A stretch of DNA of 64,000 nucleotides from a virus (Duplodnaviria > Caudoviricetes), in IMG/VR virus record IMGVR_UViG_3300024229_000651; one strand, written 5' to 3'. Shown here one piece after another: positions 48,015 through 56,661 of this stretch. The notes beneath the pieces were generated by a model, which saw only the letters and a program-made list of their open reading frames with translations, had not been told where the DNA came from and ran no database searches. A program made the translations under genes and the position numbers. Positions within the stretch are counted from its first letter, which is position 1, and the number at the start of each line of letters is the position of its first letter.

Positions 48015-49349
48015 TTACGCAGCATCTCTCTCGTAAGGAACAGTTATACCGAAAGGTGCTTCTGGTACTTTGTTACCAAAGCCACCTCCGTGTACAATAA
48101 ACAGCGTATCACAGTAGCTCTCATCTCCCCAACTGTTCCAAGGGTAACCGTCTGTGAACATGATAAACTTCTTGGGTTGAATACCTTGCTCTTTCATGTA
48201 ATCGAAACAGCAATCAAAGTCAGTGCCACCGCCTCCAGCTGTTTCGTAATCCATAAACTCTTCCATGTTGTGCTCAGTGAACACTTGCGGATTGTGTACT
48301 TCTGTGTCAAAGCAGAACAAGTGAATTTTAAAGTCACTGTATTGATCCATACAGCCCTTAACCTCACTGAGTATGTCTCTGCACATAGCATCAGTCATTG
48401 AACCTGACGTGTCAATACCAATAGCAACATCGATCGTTTGTTCACGATCCATTCCAGGTAACCAAATACCTTGGTCCATACCTTTTCTACTGGGACGGCT
48501 AAACGTGTAGTCACTTCTAATAATACTTTGAATTTGCTGTGGTAACAATTCTTTCCAGCTGAGTTGTGGATTAACAAGTGAATCGATCAGTCGCTTGATT
48601 CCTTTGGGAGTATTGGCAGCGCCAGAACTTTTTGCTGCTTGGATCGTTGCGTTCTTAAACTTCTCACGAATTTCACGCTTTTGATCAGCAGTGTATTTTT
48701 CTGGGCCTTGCCCTTCTTTACCTTCAGCATCTTTGTTACCATTGCTCGGAGCACCAGCGCCTTCGTCATCAGATGAGTCGTCCATGTCCAAGTGAACATC
48801 TAATGTAGACATGTCAATGACTCTGCCTTCCTCCTCCGCTTGTTTGAACAAGTCGTCATACACCTCGTCTGAAGTATAGTCTCTATATTTCCAGTCAAAG
48901 CAGATGTCAACTAACTTAATTTTCTCACCAACCTTACCTTCTACTAGATCCATGTTAACCACATAGTCATTGGCAACATTCCATAGGATAGGGTTGCGGT
49001 CACCACGTCGACCCATATGGTCATAAACACAGTGCTCTACTTCATGACCCCATAAGAACACCAGTTCCTGATTGCTCAGTGCGGCAACAAAGTTGCGGTT
49101 GTAATAAAAGTATCTGCCATCAGTAGCGGCTGTGGGGCACCAGTCGGTAGCGTCTCTAATGTCTAACTGACATGCTAGATTACCGTAGAACGGAGTGTGC
49201 AGAAGCATACTGATTCTTGCTGTTATTAGTTTGTCTTCAATCTCCGCGGTAGTCAGCGTTGTTTCTGGAATGGCTTCTAACGCCTTGTGGGCAGTATCAT
49301 TGGGTGTCCCGGATATTTTGGGGGATTTAGCGTGTACTATATCGGCCAT
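48015..49349 (-). CDS. DUF2201-type metallopeptidase-like + vWA domain protein
   Basis: TAATDG, HEVEH (HExxH), IDTSGS, GGGTDF, FTDG. Confidence 0.88.
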   Translation of the reverse strand: MADIVHAKSPKISGTPNDTAHKALEAIPETTLTTAEIEDKLITARISMLLHTPFYGNLACQLDIRDATDWCPTAATDGRYFYYNRNFVAALSNQELVFLWGHEVEHCVYDHMGRRGDRNPILWNVANDYVVNMDLVEGKVGEKIKLVDICFDWKYRDYTSDEVYDDLFKQAEEEGRVIDMSTLDVHLDMDDSSDDEGAGAPSNGNKDAEGKEGQGPEKYTADQKREIREKFKNATIQAAKSSGAANTPKGIKRLIDSLVNPQLSWKELLPQQIQSIIRSDYTFSRPSRKGMDQGIWLPGMDREQTIDVAIGIDTSGSMTDAMCRDILSEVKGCMDQYSDFKIHLFCFDTEVHNPQVFTEHNMEEFMDYETAGGGGTDFDCCFDYMKEQGIQPKKFIMFTDGYPWNSWGDESYCDTLFIVHGGGFGNKVPEAPFGITVPYERDAA

Positions 49350-49381
49350 TTCTCTGTCCTATTTGCTAATTTATACATACT

Positions 49382-49409
49382 ATTATACTGATTTTGAGTC
49401 AGAAGTCAA
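49382..49409 (-). promoter_or_regulatory. sigma70-type promoter
   Basis: TTGACT-16-TATAAT. Confidence 0.75.
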
Positions 49410-49419
49410 GTTTTTTATG

Positions 49420-49443
49420 AAAAAAACCCCGCCGAAGCGGGGT
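49420..49443 (-). terminator. intrinsic terminator
   Basis: ACCCCGC-TTCG-GCGGGGT followed by a T-run. Confidence 0.88.
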
Positions 49444-49504
49444 GAAAAATTGGATGCAGCTGTTGTAGGAGTAACATTGTAGGATACAGCAACCAATTTT
49501 ATTA

Positions 49505-50596
49505 CTACGCCGCCGGGAATAGGTATTTCCAGTAGCGATCTTTGAACTCCTTTTTACTTTGGAGTTTTCTCGGTTTTATATCAATATCGTGATCACTGAG
49601 CACTGTTTTTGCACTGTATATCACTAGCTCGGGCTGGAAGTTGTTGATGATAAAGTCGAAGAAGTAATCAACACCTTTATCAAATAACTTCTCATCAGTA
49701 GTCGATAACTCAGCAAGCTCGTAGCATAGTCCTACAGCGAACGAGTATTGTGCACTTCGCTCCTTGATTTCTAGCTTCTTGACCTTACCGTTGAGCACAT
49801 CTTCTGGGTTGGGCAGTTTGGACGCAATCTTTCGATGCTCAACAAACTTCATAGCCATGCCCTCCCCTACAGCAGATGCGATCTCTGCCTTCTGCTCAAA
49901 CTCGGGTGCAGAGTCAAAGCCATCAGTGTAAAGTATATCGCTAACACCGTTAACCCACGAACGAGGTGTAGCAAATGCCGTGCTGTTAGACTTAGGATCA
50001 AAGTCAAATAGATCTGCCTTAGCATAAGTCAAGTAACCAACTACATCAGGGTGAACACGGTTCTCAGATGCCCAAGAGCTCCAATCATCAAAGTTCACAG
50101 TCATGTATACGTGTCGAAACCTGTTAGCCAACGGTGCTGGCATTCTGTATGTAACACCACGATCCGTCTCACGGTTACCAGCCGCTACAATTCTTACATT
50201 GTTTGGCATCACATACTGACCAATGCGCCCGTTCAGTATCAACTGATACGCCGCAGCCTGTACACTTGGCGGAGCACTGTTAAGCTCGTCTAGGAACAAC
50301 ACAATTGTGTCGTATTGATCAGCCGTTTCTTGGCTAGGAAGATCAGCTGGGGGAGCCCATTCCATTTGGTTTGTTTCCGGGTTACGGAAAGGATAGCCAC
50401 GAAGATCGGTTGGCTCCATAAGTGCCAATCGCATGTCTATCATTAGGTTATTACCGGGCATGTCATTAACAATGCTCTGCACTAGATCTGACTTACCAAT
50501 ACCAGGAGCACCCCATACAAAGATAGGACGCTTGCCTGTTAATGCCCGACCTACAATATTGCGGGTCTCTGTGGGGCGAATTTGTAAAGTTTCCAT
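49505..50596 (-). CDS. MoxR/dynein-related AAA+ ATPase
   Basis: GAPGIGKS, LFLDE, AAGNR, LANRF, TPRSW. Confidence 0.92.
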   Translation of the reverse strand: METLQIRPTETRNIVGRALTGKRPIFVWGAPGIGKSDLVQSIVNDMPGNNLMIDMRLALMEPTDLRGYPFRNPETNQMEWAPPADLPSQETADQYDTIVLFLDELNSAPPSVQAAAYQLILNGRIGQYVMPNNVRIVAAGNRETDRGVTYRMPAPLANRFRHVYMTVNFDDWSSWASENRVHPDVVGYLTYAKADLFDFDPKSNSTAFATPRSWVNGVSDILYTDGFDSAPEFEQKAEIASAVGEGMAMKFVEHRKIASKLPNPEDVLNGKVKKLEIKERSAQYSFAVGLCYELAELSTTDEKLFDKGVDYFFDFIINNFQPELVIYSAKTVLSDHDIDIKPRKLQSKKEFKDRYWKYLFPAA

Positions 50597-50633
50597 ACGT
50601 TTCTCCTACGTGTTTTTGTAACCTACAAGTACT

Positions 50634-50661
50634 ATTATACTTCTTTACAGCCTAAAGTCAA
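50634..50661 (-). promoter_or_regulatory. sigma70-type promoter
   Basis: TTGACT-16-TATAAT. Confidence 0.75.
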
Positions 50662-51083
50662 CCTTTATTTAAGGTGTTGTATCCCTCAACAACCTTACCT
50701 AATGCTTCATTTAGAAACATTAGGTTCTTATTTTCTAAATCTGCATAGCATTGGGCAGTAATATAGATCAATCCAATTAAATTACCCATAGTCCCCTGAT
50801 ATGAATGCTCTAGCTCTTCTATCTGAGAAGCAATCTTATCAACGTCTATTTGAATGTCTTCAAAACGTACCCCATCTGACTCGCCAAACATTTTCATTGC
50901 AAGCTCAGGGTGTTTCTCCCACAGAAATTCTTTGAATTGACCTTGATCATCCTCACTGAGAGCAGCAAACAGATCATGCATTGCAGTGTCAACGAGATTT
51001 GATACTTTTAGAAAGTCTGTTTTTCTTTTCTTAGTCTTTGAAAAGATATCTATGACTTTCCCTTTGTCATTCTCATCGGTCAT
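50658..51083 (-). CDS. hypothetical protein
   Basis: 141-aa ORF. Confidence 0.65.
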   Translation of the reverse strand: MTDENDKGKVIDIFSKTKKRKTDFLKVSNLVDTAMHDLFAALSEDDQGQFKEFLWEKHPELAMKMFGESDGVRFEDIQIDVDKIASQIEELEHSYQGTMGNLIGLIYITAQCYADLENKNLMFLNEALGKVVEGYNTLNKG

Positions 51084-51084
51084 A

Positions 51085-51591
51085 TTATTGTACTCGAAGG
51101 CTTACAGGAATATAATCGCCTACACTTGGTGCAAACGGTCGGTTAACAACAAACGTGGAACCTTCCATCTCAACGGTAATACGATAGCTGCTGATCTCTT
51201 GTGTTCGGTACGGCTCTCTGCGCTCAACATCTTCGAACTCACATTGTGATCGACGATTGTTTGCAACATTGTTACCAATCTTGTTACCAATCAGTCCACC
51301 GATAATCTTTGCAGCATCGTTTCCACGTCCACCGCCAATCTTATCGCCAATCGCAACACCAACCCCAGCGCCGATCAACCCTTCAGTGCTACCAAATCCG
51401 CCATCTACTACACGCTCTAATAGACCACTGGAACGATTTTCACGATAACAAACTTTGCGAGTTTCCACTACTGTGTGATATCGTGTAACGTCTCGCATTA
51501 CAGGATCAACGTCAAGTACACGAAGCTCGACGCCTTGTGCTAATACCGTTGTTGATGCGCTAAGTGCTAGTGCTAGTACAGTCTTTTTCAT
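51085..51591 (-). CDS. exported glycine-zipper (YcfJ-like) protein
   Basis: signal peptide; GAGVGVAIGDKIGGGRGN...GGLIGNKIG. Confidence 0.8.
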   Translation of the reverse strand: MKKTVLALALSASTTVLAQGVELRVLDVDPVMRDVTRYHTVVETRKVCYRENRSSGLLERVVDGGFGSTEGLIGAGVGVAIGDKIGGGRGNDAAKIIGGLIGNKIGNNVANNRRSQCEFEDVERREPYRTQEISSYRITVEMEGSTFVVNRPFAPSVGDYIPVSLRVQ

Positions 51592-51626
51592 AAATGCTCC
51601 AATGCATTAATTGTTAATATGTATAT

Positions 51627-51655
51627 ATTATACCGGTTTTTCCGGCTAGAGTCAA
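51627..51655 (-). promoter_or_regulatory. sigma70-type early promoter
   Basis: TTGACT-17-TATAAT. Confidence 0.85.
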
Positions 51656-51872
51656 CCTTTTTGTGATTTGTAAGTGCTTGATTACATTGAGAATTGTAAA
51701 AAAATGCTAGATTTTTGTGTTTTTTGGGGTATTTTTGGGCTGAACACCCATGGATTTTAGGTATTCTACCTTGTCTGATTGAGGTAATACGACTAATTCA
51801 ACAGGCTGATCGTTATACCACCATTGTCCCTCGCTATCCTGTTTAGGATAAATCCAGTTGTTAGGATTATAA

Positions 51873-52418
51873 TTAGTCCCAGAGGTTTTCATAGTATTTT
51901 CCAAATAACTTAAACCCGTTTGTGATACGCTCTTGGTATGCTCTAAGTCCTTCCCAATCAATTTCAAATGTATCGTTAGGTCCTTTAACCAGTTCGCCTA
52001 GGCCTTCACTTTCCGGTACTTCAATCCACTGCACATCGTGTTCGCCTGAGCGAAACTGTTCTTCCCAGTCGTTATGTTTGCTCTCAAAGGCAAAGATCAT
52101 TTCATCCATTACCCAATCCCAACGCTCAAAGAACTTGCTATCAGTCTCACCATTTTTAGTGTATGCTGTTAGTTCTTTCTTAGTAGGACGCAACTCTGCA
52201 GGAACATCCTCTGGGTACACATAAGGAGCACCATGCTTGGTTAGTTTGAGTTGCTTGAGCATTGGCTCAATAATATACGAGAGGGTGTGATCCATGCTCC
52301 AAGTATCAAAGTCGTCTATGTGCACAGATACTTTAGGCTCATTACCGATACCAAACTTCTCGTATAGAAAGTTATGATACCAACGATGCTTGGGGTATGG
52401 TCCTATTTTAATTTTCAT
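51873..52418 (-). CDS. hypothetical phage protein
   Basis: start MKIKIGPY via ATGA overlap. Confidence 0.7.
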   Translation of the reverse strand: MKIKIGPYPKHRWYHNFLYEKFGIGNEPKVSVHIDDFDTWSMDHTLSYIIEPMLKQLKLTKHGAPYVYPEDVPAELRPTKKELTAYTKNGETDSKFFERWDWVMDEMIFAFESKHNDWEEQFRSGEHDVQWIEVPESEGLGELVKGPNDTFEIDWEGLRAYQERITNGFKLFGKYYENLWD

Positions 52419-52756
52419 ACTAACTCCATCCAATCTGTATCTTCAGGCATCAATTGAATTTGACCTCCGAACTCCTGCTTTTCTATCAACTGATTATAGA
52501 TACCAGCAGTACTCATTCTAAGTCCGTAGGCTCCTTTAGGACATCTGTAGACTGACCCACTTTCACCATAGAAATGAACTTCATCCTCGTGATCAAACGT
52601 AAGAGTAATACCACTGTTCATTCTCCAACTATCACCGCTTAGATAACCACCGCTCCATCCTGCGAGAACTTTGTAGAAAGGGAATGCGCCTTTACCTGGC
52701 TTGATCTTTAATACTACCCAACTGTCAGGGCTATAATCCACTGTTCCACTCCCCAA
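52415..52756 (-). CDS. hypothetical phage protein
   Basis: 113 aa; GWSGGYL...WRMNSGI. Confidence 0.7.
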   Translation of the reverse strand: MGSGTVDYSPDSWVVLKIKPGKGAFPFYKVLAGWSGGYLSGDSWRMNSGITLTFDHEDEVHFYGESGSVYRCPKGAYGLRMSTAGIYNQLIEKQEFGGQIQLMPEDTDWMELV

Positions 52757-52940
52757 ATATGTTAGGTGCCTGTTCAGCCGCTTCTTCCATATAGTATTCG
52801 CCTGGGTAATGCTTTAAGCAACGATATGCTTCTTTGCGTATAGCACTTGGCACCCTAGGTGTCTTCTTAGGATCCATTAAGTCTACCAGGAACTGCCTAG
52901 TATAGTTAACAGCATTTCGTCTTTCATTTGGCATTGTCAT
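52731..52940 (-). CDS. hypothetical phage protein
   Basis: 69 aa; PKKTPRVP...LKHYP. Confidence 0.65.
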   Translation of the reverse strand: MTMPNERRNAVNYTRQFLVDLMDPKKTPRVPSAIRKEAYRCLKHYPGEYYMEEAAEQAPNIFGEWNSGL

Positions 52941-52976
52941 TGCGATACTCCAACTCGCTGTGCATAGTAGTTAATT

Positions 52977-53007
52977 TGGTGGGCCCTGTTGGATTTGAAC
53001 CAACGAT
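52977..53007 (-). pseudogene. tRNA 3' fragment (T-arm, acceptor strand and CCA)
   Basis: GTTGG-TTCAAAT-CCAAC-AGGGCCC-A-CCA; the 5' half is absent. Confidence 0.8.
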
Positions 53008-53034
53008 GCTTGGGGTATGGTCCTATTTTAATTT

Positions 53035-53430
53035 TCATATAAACACCTTAGATAAATTCATACATACGGCTGTGCCTGTGATAGCACTACCGATCATAAT
53101 TGCTTTGTCATTCCAGCAATGTCCTACATATGTCCACGCTATAGAACTTAACGCATATGCCACTTTGCCAGCAAGCATGAACTCTGCACTCTGTAAAAAT
53201 ACACCAACAACTGCAAAGATAGTTGCTATCCATTTGATGCGGCTGTCAATGGTGCCAGTTGGTGTGGACGGTGTTAGTTCGTCTACTAGGTCTTGAATAT
53301 CATCTAGTTCCTGACGCAATCTATTTCGTTCTGTCCTGACACGCATTATGCTTTTGCTGCTTTCGCTCATGGCGCTGTCTTTAAACTGCTCGGATACCTC
53401 TGCTTGTATTTCTTCTGATTTATTTTTCAC
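53035..53430 (-). CDS. membrane protein
   Basis: coiled-coil N-terminus plus 3 TM helices. Confidence 0.65.
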   Translation of the reverse strand: MKNKSEEIQAEVSEQFKDSAMSESSKSIMRVRTERNRLRQELDDIQDLVDELTPSTPTGTIDSRIKWIATIFAVVGVFLQSAEFMLAGKVAYALSSIAWTYVGHCWNDKAIMIGSAITGTAVCMNLSKVFI

Positions 53431-54554
53431 TTGTTAACCTTCTCGAACACATATACGCCTTCGTATTTTTCAACACCTTCTTGCTTTCCGTTGCCTGCTC
53501 CGGGTCGAGTGTTTAGCATCATCTTTAATGTTTCTGTGTGTTTAAAACCTATTTTTTCCGCTGTACTTATCCATCTGTCTACAACCTTGAACTCTTCTTT
53601 TGGCGTTTTATAATCTGCAATGTTTGTTGCAAACACACCTTCTGAGTTTAGTCCTGTGTGTATGTTTTGCATAGTAGGTGCAACGTATCCCTCAAACCAT
53701 TCATCTATACTGTTGAACTGATTCATACACTGCGTGGGTTCGTCTGAATACTTCTCTAGGTTAAAGTATGGTGGGCTACTAAATGCACAATCAATGTTCT
53801 CAGGCACAAACTCTTCGCTTACACTTTGATGTATTTCTCCTGGACGTCCACCAGCTTGTTCTATAAAACTGTTTAATAATTTTAAGTTCTCAACAGTTTC
53901 CGTGTTAGGATCTACGCCTACGTATTCAAGTTGAAGATTGCTACTGGTTACGCCTAATAATCTTCCGCCGTAACCACAACTATAATCGTACACTCGCCCC
54001 CACAGCACAGGACAACAATACTCTACTATTGCCCTAGCATTTTGAGACTTAAAGTTCTGTATGTTTTCTCCTGTGACTAGCTCTAGTGATCTGCGAATAG
54101 CAGTGGGGTGCACAAGATTATTACCTTCTCTGAATTCAAAGCAAATTCGGATAGCTCTACGTAATTTAGTGTCGTTGTAGAATCTGTCCCTAAGGCTATT
54201 TGATCCTCTGCCCTTGGGTTCTGCAGTCATCATGTTTGTAAACAAGAAACGGTTTATCGATTGGCCTTTGTTATTACCTAAACCTATACGTCCTAAACTT
54301 ACATTGTTATAACTGGAACGCTTAAAATCTTTTATTGCTTGTATTAAGCCGCTGTCTGTGAAGTAAACAATAGGCACAAGATTAATACTACGGTATAAAT
54401 CAAACACTTCCTCAATTGTTTTTTCTGGGTCTTCATTGTAAACTTCCTTAGTGTATTTTGCTAGTTGCGGATATAGTGATTCGTACCCAGTGAACTCATC
54501 ACCGGATATATGATCTGCTTCTATTTCCCAAAATTTATATATACGTTCAAGCAT
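53427..54554 (-). CDS. amino (N6A/N4C) DNA methyltransferase-like protein
   Basis: YDYSCGYGGR SAM motif preceding SPPY; start moved to MLERI because the track start lies inside tRNA-Trp. Confidence 0.75.
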   Translation of the reverse strand: MLERIYKFWEIEADHISGDEFTGYESLYPQLAKYTKEVYNEDPEKTIEEVFDLYRSINLVPIVYFTDSGLIQAIKDFKRSSYNNVSLGRIGLGNNKGQSINRFLFTNMMTAEPKGRGSNSLRDRFYNDTKLRRAIRICFEFREGNNLVHPTAIRRSLELVTGENIQNFKSQNARAIVEYCCPVLWGRVYDYSCGYGGRLLGVTSSNLQLEYVGVDPNTETVENLKLLNSFIEQAGGRPGEIHQSVSEEFVPENIDCAFSSPPYFNLEKYSDEPTQCMNQFNSIDEWFEGYVAPTMQNIHTGLNSEGVFATNIADYKTPKEEFKVVDRWISTAEKIGFKHTETLKMMLNTRPGAGNGKQEGVEKYEGVYVFEKVNK

Positions 54555-54575
54555 ATTTAATACACTGTGCATAAA

Positions 54576-54650
54576 TGGCAGGCGAGCAGGGATTCGAACC
54601 CCAACCAACGGTTTTGGAGACCGCCATGCTACCGTTAACACCACTCACCT
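54576..54650 (-). tRNA. trnW: tRNA-Trp(CCA)
   Basis: cloverleaf, CT-CCA-AA loop, GTTCGAATC, encoded CCA. Confidence 0.93.
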
Positions 54651-54756
54651 AAAAACGACTTCACTTCACCATTCTTTGCATGTTCCCAATAAACATGCAC
54701 AAAGATCCGCCTACCTACTCGTTCTCAGTATAACTAAACACTTCAAACTCATGTAC

Positions 54757-54784
54757 ATTATATATGACATTGTACGAATGTCAA
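54757..54784 (-). promoter_or_regulatory. sigma70-type promoter
   Basis: TTGACA-16-TATAAT upstream of tRNA-Trp. Confidence 0.7.
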
Positions 54785-55416
54785 GTTTTTATTTTAGTAA
54801 AAACACGCCAATCATACTTCGCAAGCGGAATTTCTGTATAGTCATATCTAGGTACAATGTTATCGCATACAAAATTCACAGCCGCAATAGTAGATTCTTC
54901 CTGTGACATTCTGGGATAAATGGTACTATAATCACATGGTAAGTCTCTTTGAGCATTCCAATTGGTATCATCGAAAATTATCATTCCGCCTGGGGCTGTG
55001 AGCTTGTCAACTAAAGTAAAGGCTAATGCGCTAGTTGGGAAGTCGTGTCCACCATCAATATAACATAAATCGTATATTGGTGTACTATTCTGCTCAACCA
55101 ACTTACCCAACTCCCACAAGAAACATTTCTCCGCTCTTGTAATTGTTACTAGCTCTTGTAAATCAAGTTTAGATAGTACTTGATCTATATTAGGCTTTAC
55201 TAGATTAGTTTTACGATCAAAGGTGTGGACTTTGCCAAAACCTTGTTCTTTAAGTATAGAGGCAAAGTATGCTGTGCCTTTACCGTGATAGAAACCTAGT
55301 TCACAGATACTCGAGTACTCGTTATCCATTATAACATCACGCAACCATGCAGCTTGCTCGTGCGACATATAACTTAAATTTTCGTACTCTTGTGTTACAG
55401 TATCTATTAGTGACAC
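54781..55416 (-). CDS. class I SAM methyltransferase (Methyltransf_24-like)
   Basis: ELGFYHGKG, YIDGGH, IIFDD; GTG start with AGAGGAG RBS. Confidence 0.85.
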   Translation of the reverse strand: MSLIDTVTQEYENLSYMSHEQAAWLRDVIMDNEYSSICELGFYHGKGTAYFASILKEQGFGKVHTFDRKTNLVKPNIDQVLSKLDLQELVTITRAEKCFLWELGKLVEQNSTPIYDLCYIDGGHDFPTSALAFTLVDKLTAPGGMIIFDDTNWNAQRDLPCDYSTIYPRMSQEESTIAAVNFVCDNIVPRYDYTEIPLAKYDWRVFTKIKT

Positions 55417-55436
55417 AGTATCTCCTCTAACTAATA

Positions 55437-55513
55437 TGGTGGGCCCAGTAGGACTTGAACCTACGACCAATCGATTATGAGTCGAGTGCTCTGACCAACT
55501 GAGCTATGGGCCC
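55437..55513 (-). tRNA. tRNA with CAT anticodon (probably Ile2; Met not excluded)
   Basis: GGGCCCATAGCTCAGTTGG...CT-CAT-AA...GGGCCCACCA; no C1 mismatch, so not an initiator. Confidence 0.9.
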
Positions 55514-55519
55514 AAAACT

Positions 55520-55876
55520 TCAATCTTTATCTTTTGTAATAATTATGCTGCTATCTTCGCGACTTACTGTAACAGAATCGCCTGGGGATAATCCAACAGC
55601 TTCACATGCCTCTTGGGGTATAGTGAGCTGTACATTGCTGTCGTCGCCCGGTATATCCTCAAACAAGCTGTCTGCACTGTATGTTTGATTAAACTGTACT
55701 CGACGAGCATTTTGTTGTCGCTGTGACACTGCCCTTTGCTGCCTACGGTTGACCATTGTTTCCTCTTTTACTAGATCACTGAAGTCTAGATCATCTTTAA
55801 TATACCTGTATACACTAATACAGGACCACACAAATATAACAGTACACAACCCAACTAAAATATATATACTTTCCAT
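55520..55876 (-). CDS. N-terminal TM plus C-terminal AbrB/SpoVT-like domain protein
   Basis: IPQEACEAVGLSPGDSVTV; start moved out of tRNA-Pro. Confidence 0.55.
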   Translation of the reverse strand: MESIYILVGLCTVIFVWSCISVYRYIKDDLDFSDLVKEETMVNRRQQRAVSQRQQNARRVQFNQTYSADSLFEDIPGDDSNVQLTIPQEACEAVGLSPGDSVTVSREDSSIIITKDKD

Positions 55877-55890
55877 ACATATCTCCTTAA

Positions 55891-55967
55891 TGGTCGGAGT
55901 ACAAGGATTCGAACCTTGGACCTCTGCCTCCCAAAGGCAGCGCACTACCAGGCTGTGCTATACTCCG
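55891..55967 (-). tRNA. trnP: tRNA-Pro(TGG)
   Basis: CGGAGTA...TT-TGG-GA...GTTCGAATC...CCA. Confidence 0.93.
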
Positions 55968-55972
55968 TTAAC

Positions 55973-56048
55973 TGGCTCCGCAACTTGGGCTCGAACCAAG
56001 GACCCACAGATTAACAGTCTGTTGCTCTACCAACTGAGCTATTGCGGA
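55973..56048 (-). tRNA. trnN: tRNA-Asn(GTT)
   Basis: TCCGCAA...CT-GTT-AA...GCCA. Confidence 0.93.
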
Positions 56049-56096
56049 ATAAATTGTTGGCTCTCTTTTTTACCCTGGGAGAGCCAAACCAGAATG

Positions 56097-56183
56097 TGGT
56101 ACCCGGAGACGGACTTGAACCGTCATGCCATTGCTGGCGAGGGATTTTAAGTCCCTTGTGTCTACCAATTCCACCACCCGGGC
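56097..56183 (-). tRNA. trnL: tRNA-Leu(TAA)
   Basis: long variable arm, CT-TAA-AA loop, ACCA end. Confidence 0.93.
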
Positions 56184-56189
56184 ATTATT

Positions 56190-56381
56190 CTATATATTAA
56201 GACTTAACTGACCACTATCAATATCTTTACCGTGGAATTCAACTGCATCATTTAAAGATTCTGTCAATGCAGTAGTAATACCTATTTTTGCAAAAAAATT
56301 AATCGCTTCAGAATCCATGTCAAACGATATTGTTGCTCCACCACCATCAGACTCAATATAATCCAATACGTCTATTTTCAT
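56190..56381 (-). CDS. small acidic hypothetical protein
   Basis: start at MKIDVLDY. Confidence 0.55.
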   Translation of the reverse strand: MKIDVLDYIESDGGGATISFDMDSEAINFFAKIGITTALTESLNDAVEFHGKDIDSGQLSLNI

Positions 56382-56414
56382 TGTGTTTCTTTCCTTTCTC
56401 TTATTTACTTCCTT

Positions 56415-56502
56415 TGAAAAGGCCCCGCTCTCAATATTGAATGAGTTGTACATAAACTGTACTGCACCTCACGACCCCGAATACTTTGGGACCGCCTTTT
56501 CA
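56415..56502 (-). ncRNA. candidate structured small RNA in the tRNA cluster
   Basis: 9-bp closing stem TGAAAAGGC/GCCTTTTCA with internal hairpins. Confidence 0.4.
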
Positions 56503-56565
56503 CGCCCTCTAACTAATACCCTCTTTTAACTGGTTGGAGTTATCCAAACTCCTTAAACATTGTAA

Positions 56566-56642
<77 letters not shown>

Positions 56643-56661
56643 ATAAACTTGTTGCACTTCT

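Larger units (their letters stand above)
52379..53039. repeat. 41-bp perfect direct repeat (52379-52419 and 52999-53039)
   Basis: ACCAACGATGCTTGGGGTATGGTCCTATTTTAATTTTCATA occurs twice. Confidence 0.95.

Noticed and set aside
52379-53039. Prophage or IS attL/attR, or a diversity-generating retroelement TR/VR pair
   Set aside because: There is no integrase, transposase or reverse transcriptase, and the copies are identical with no adenine-specific mismatches.
54554-55945. ORF starts at 54644, 55470 and 55945
   Set aside because: They lie inside tRNA genes; downstream starts with RBSs were used instead.
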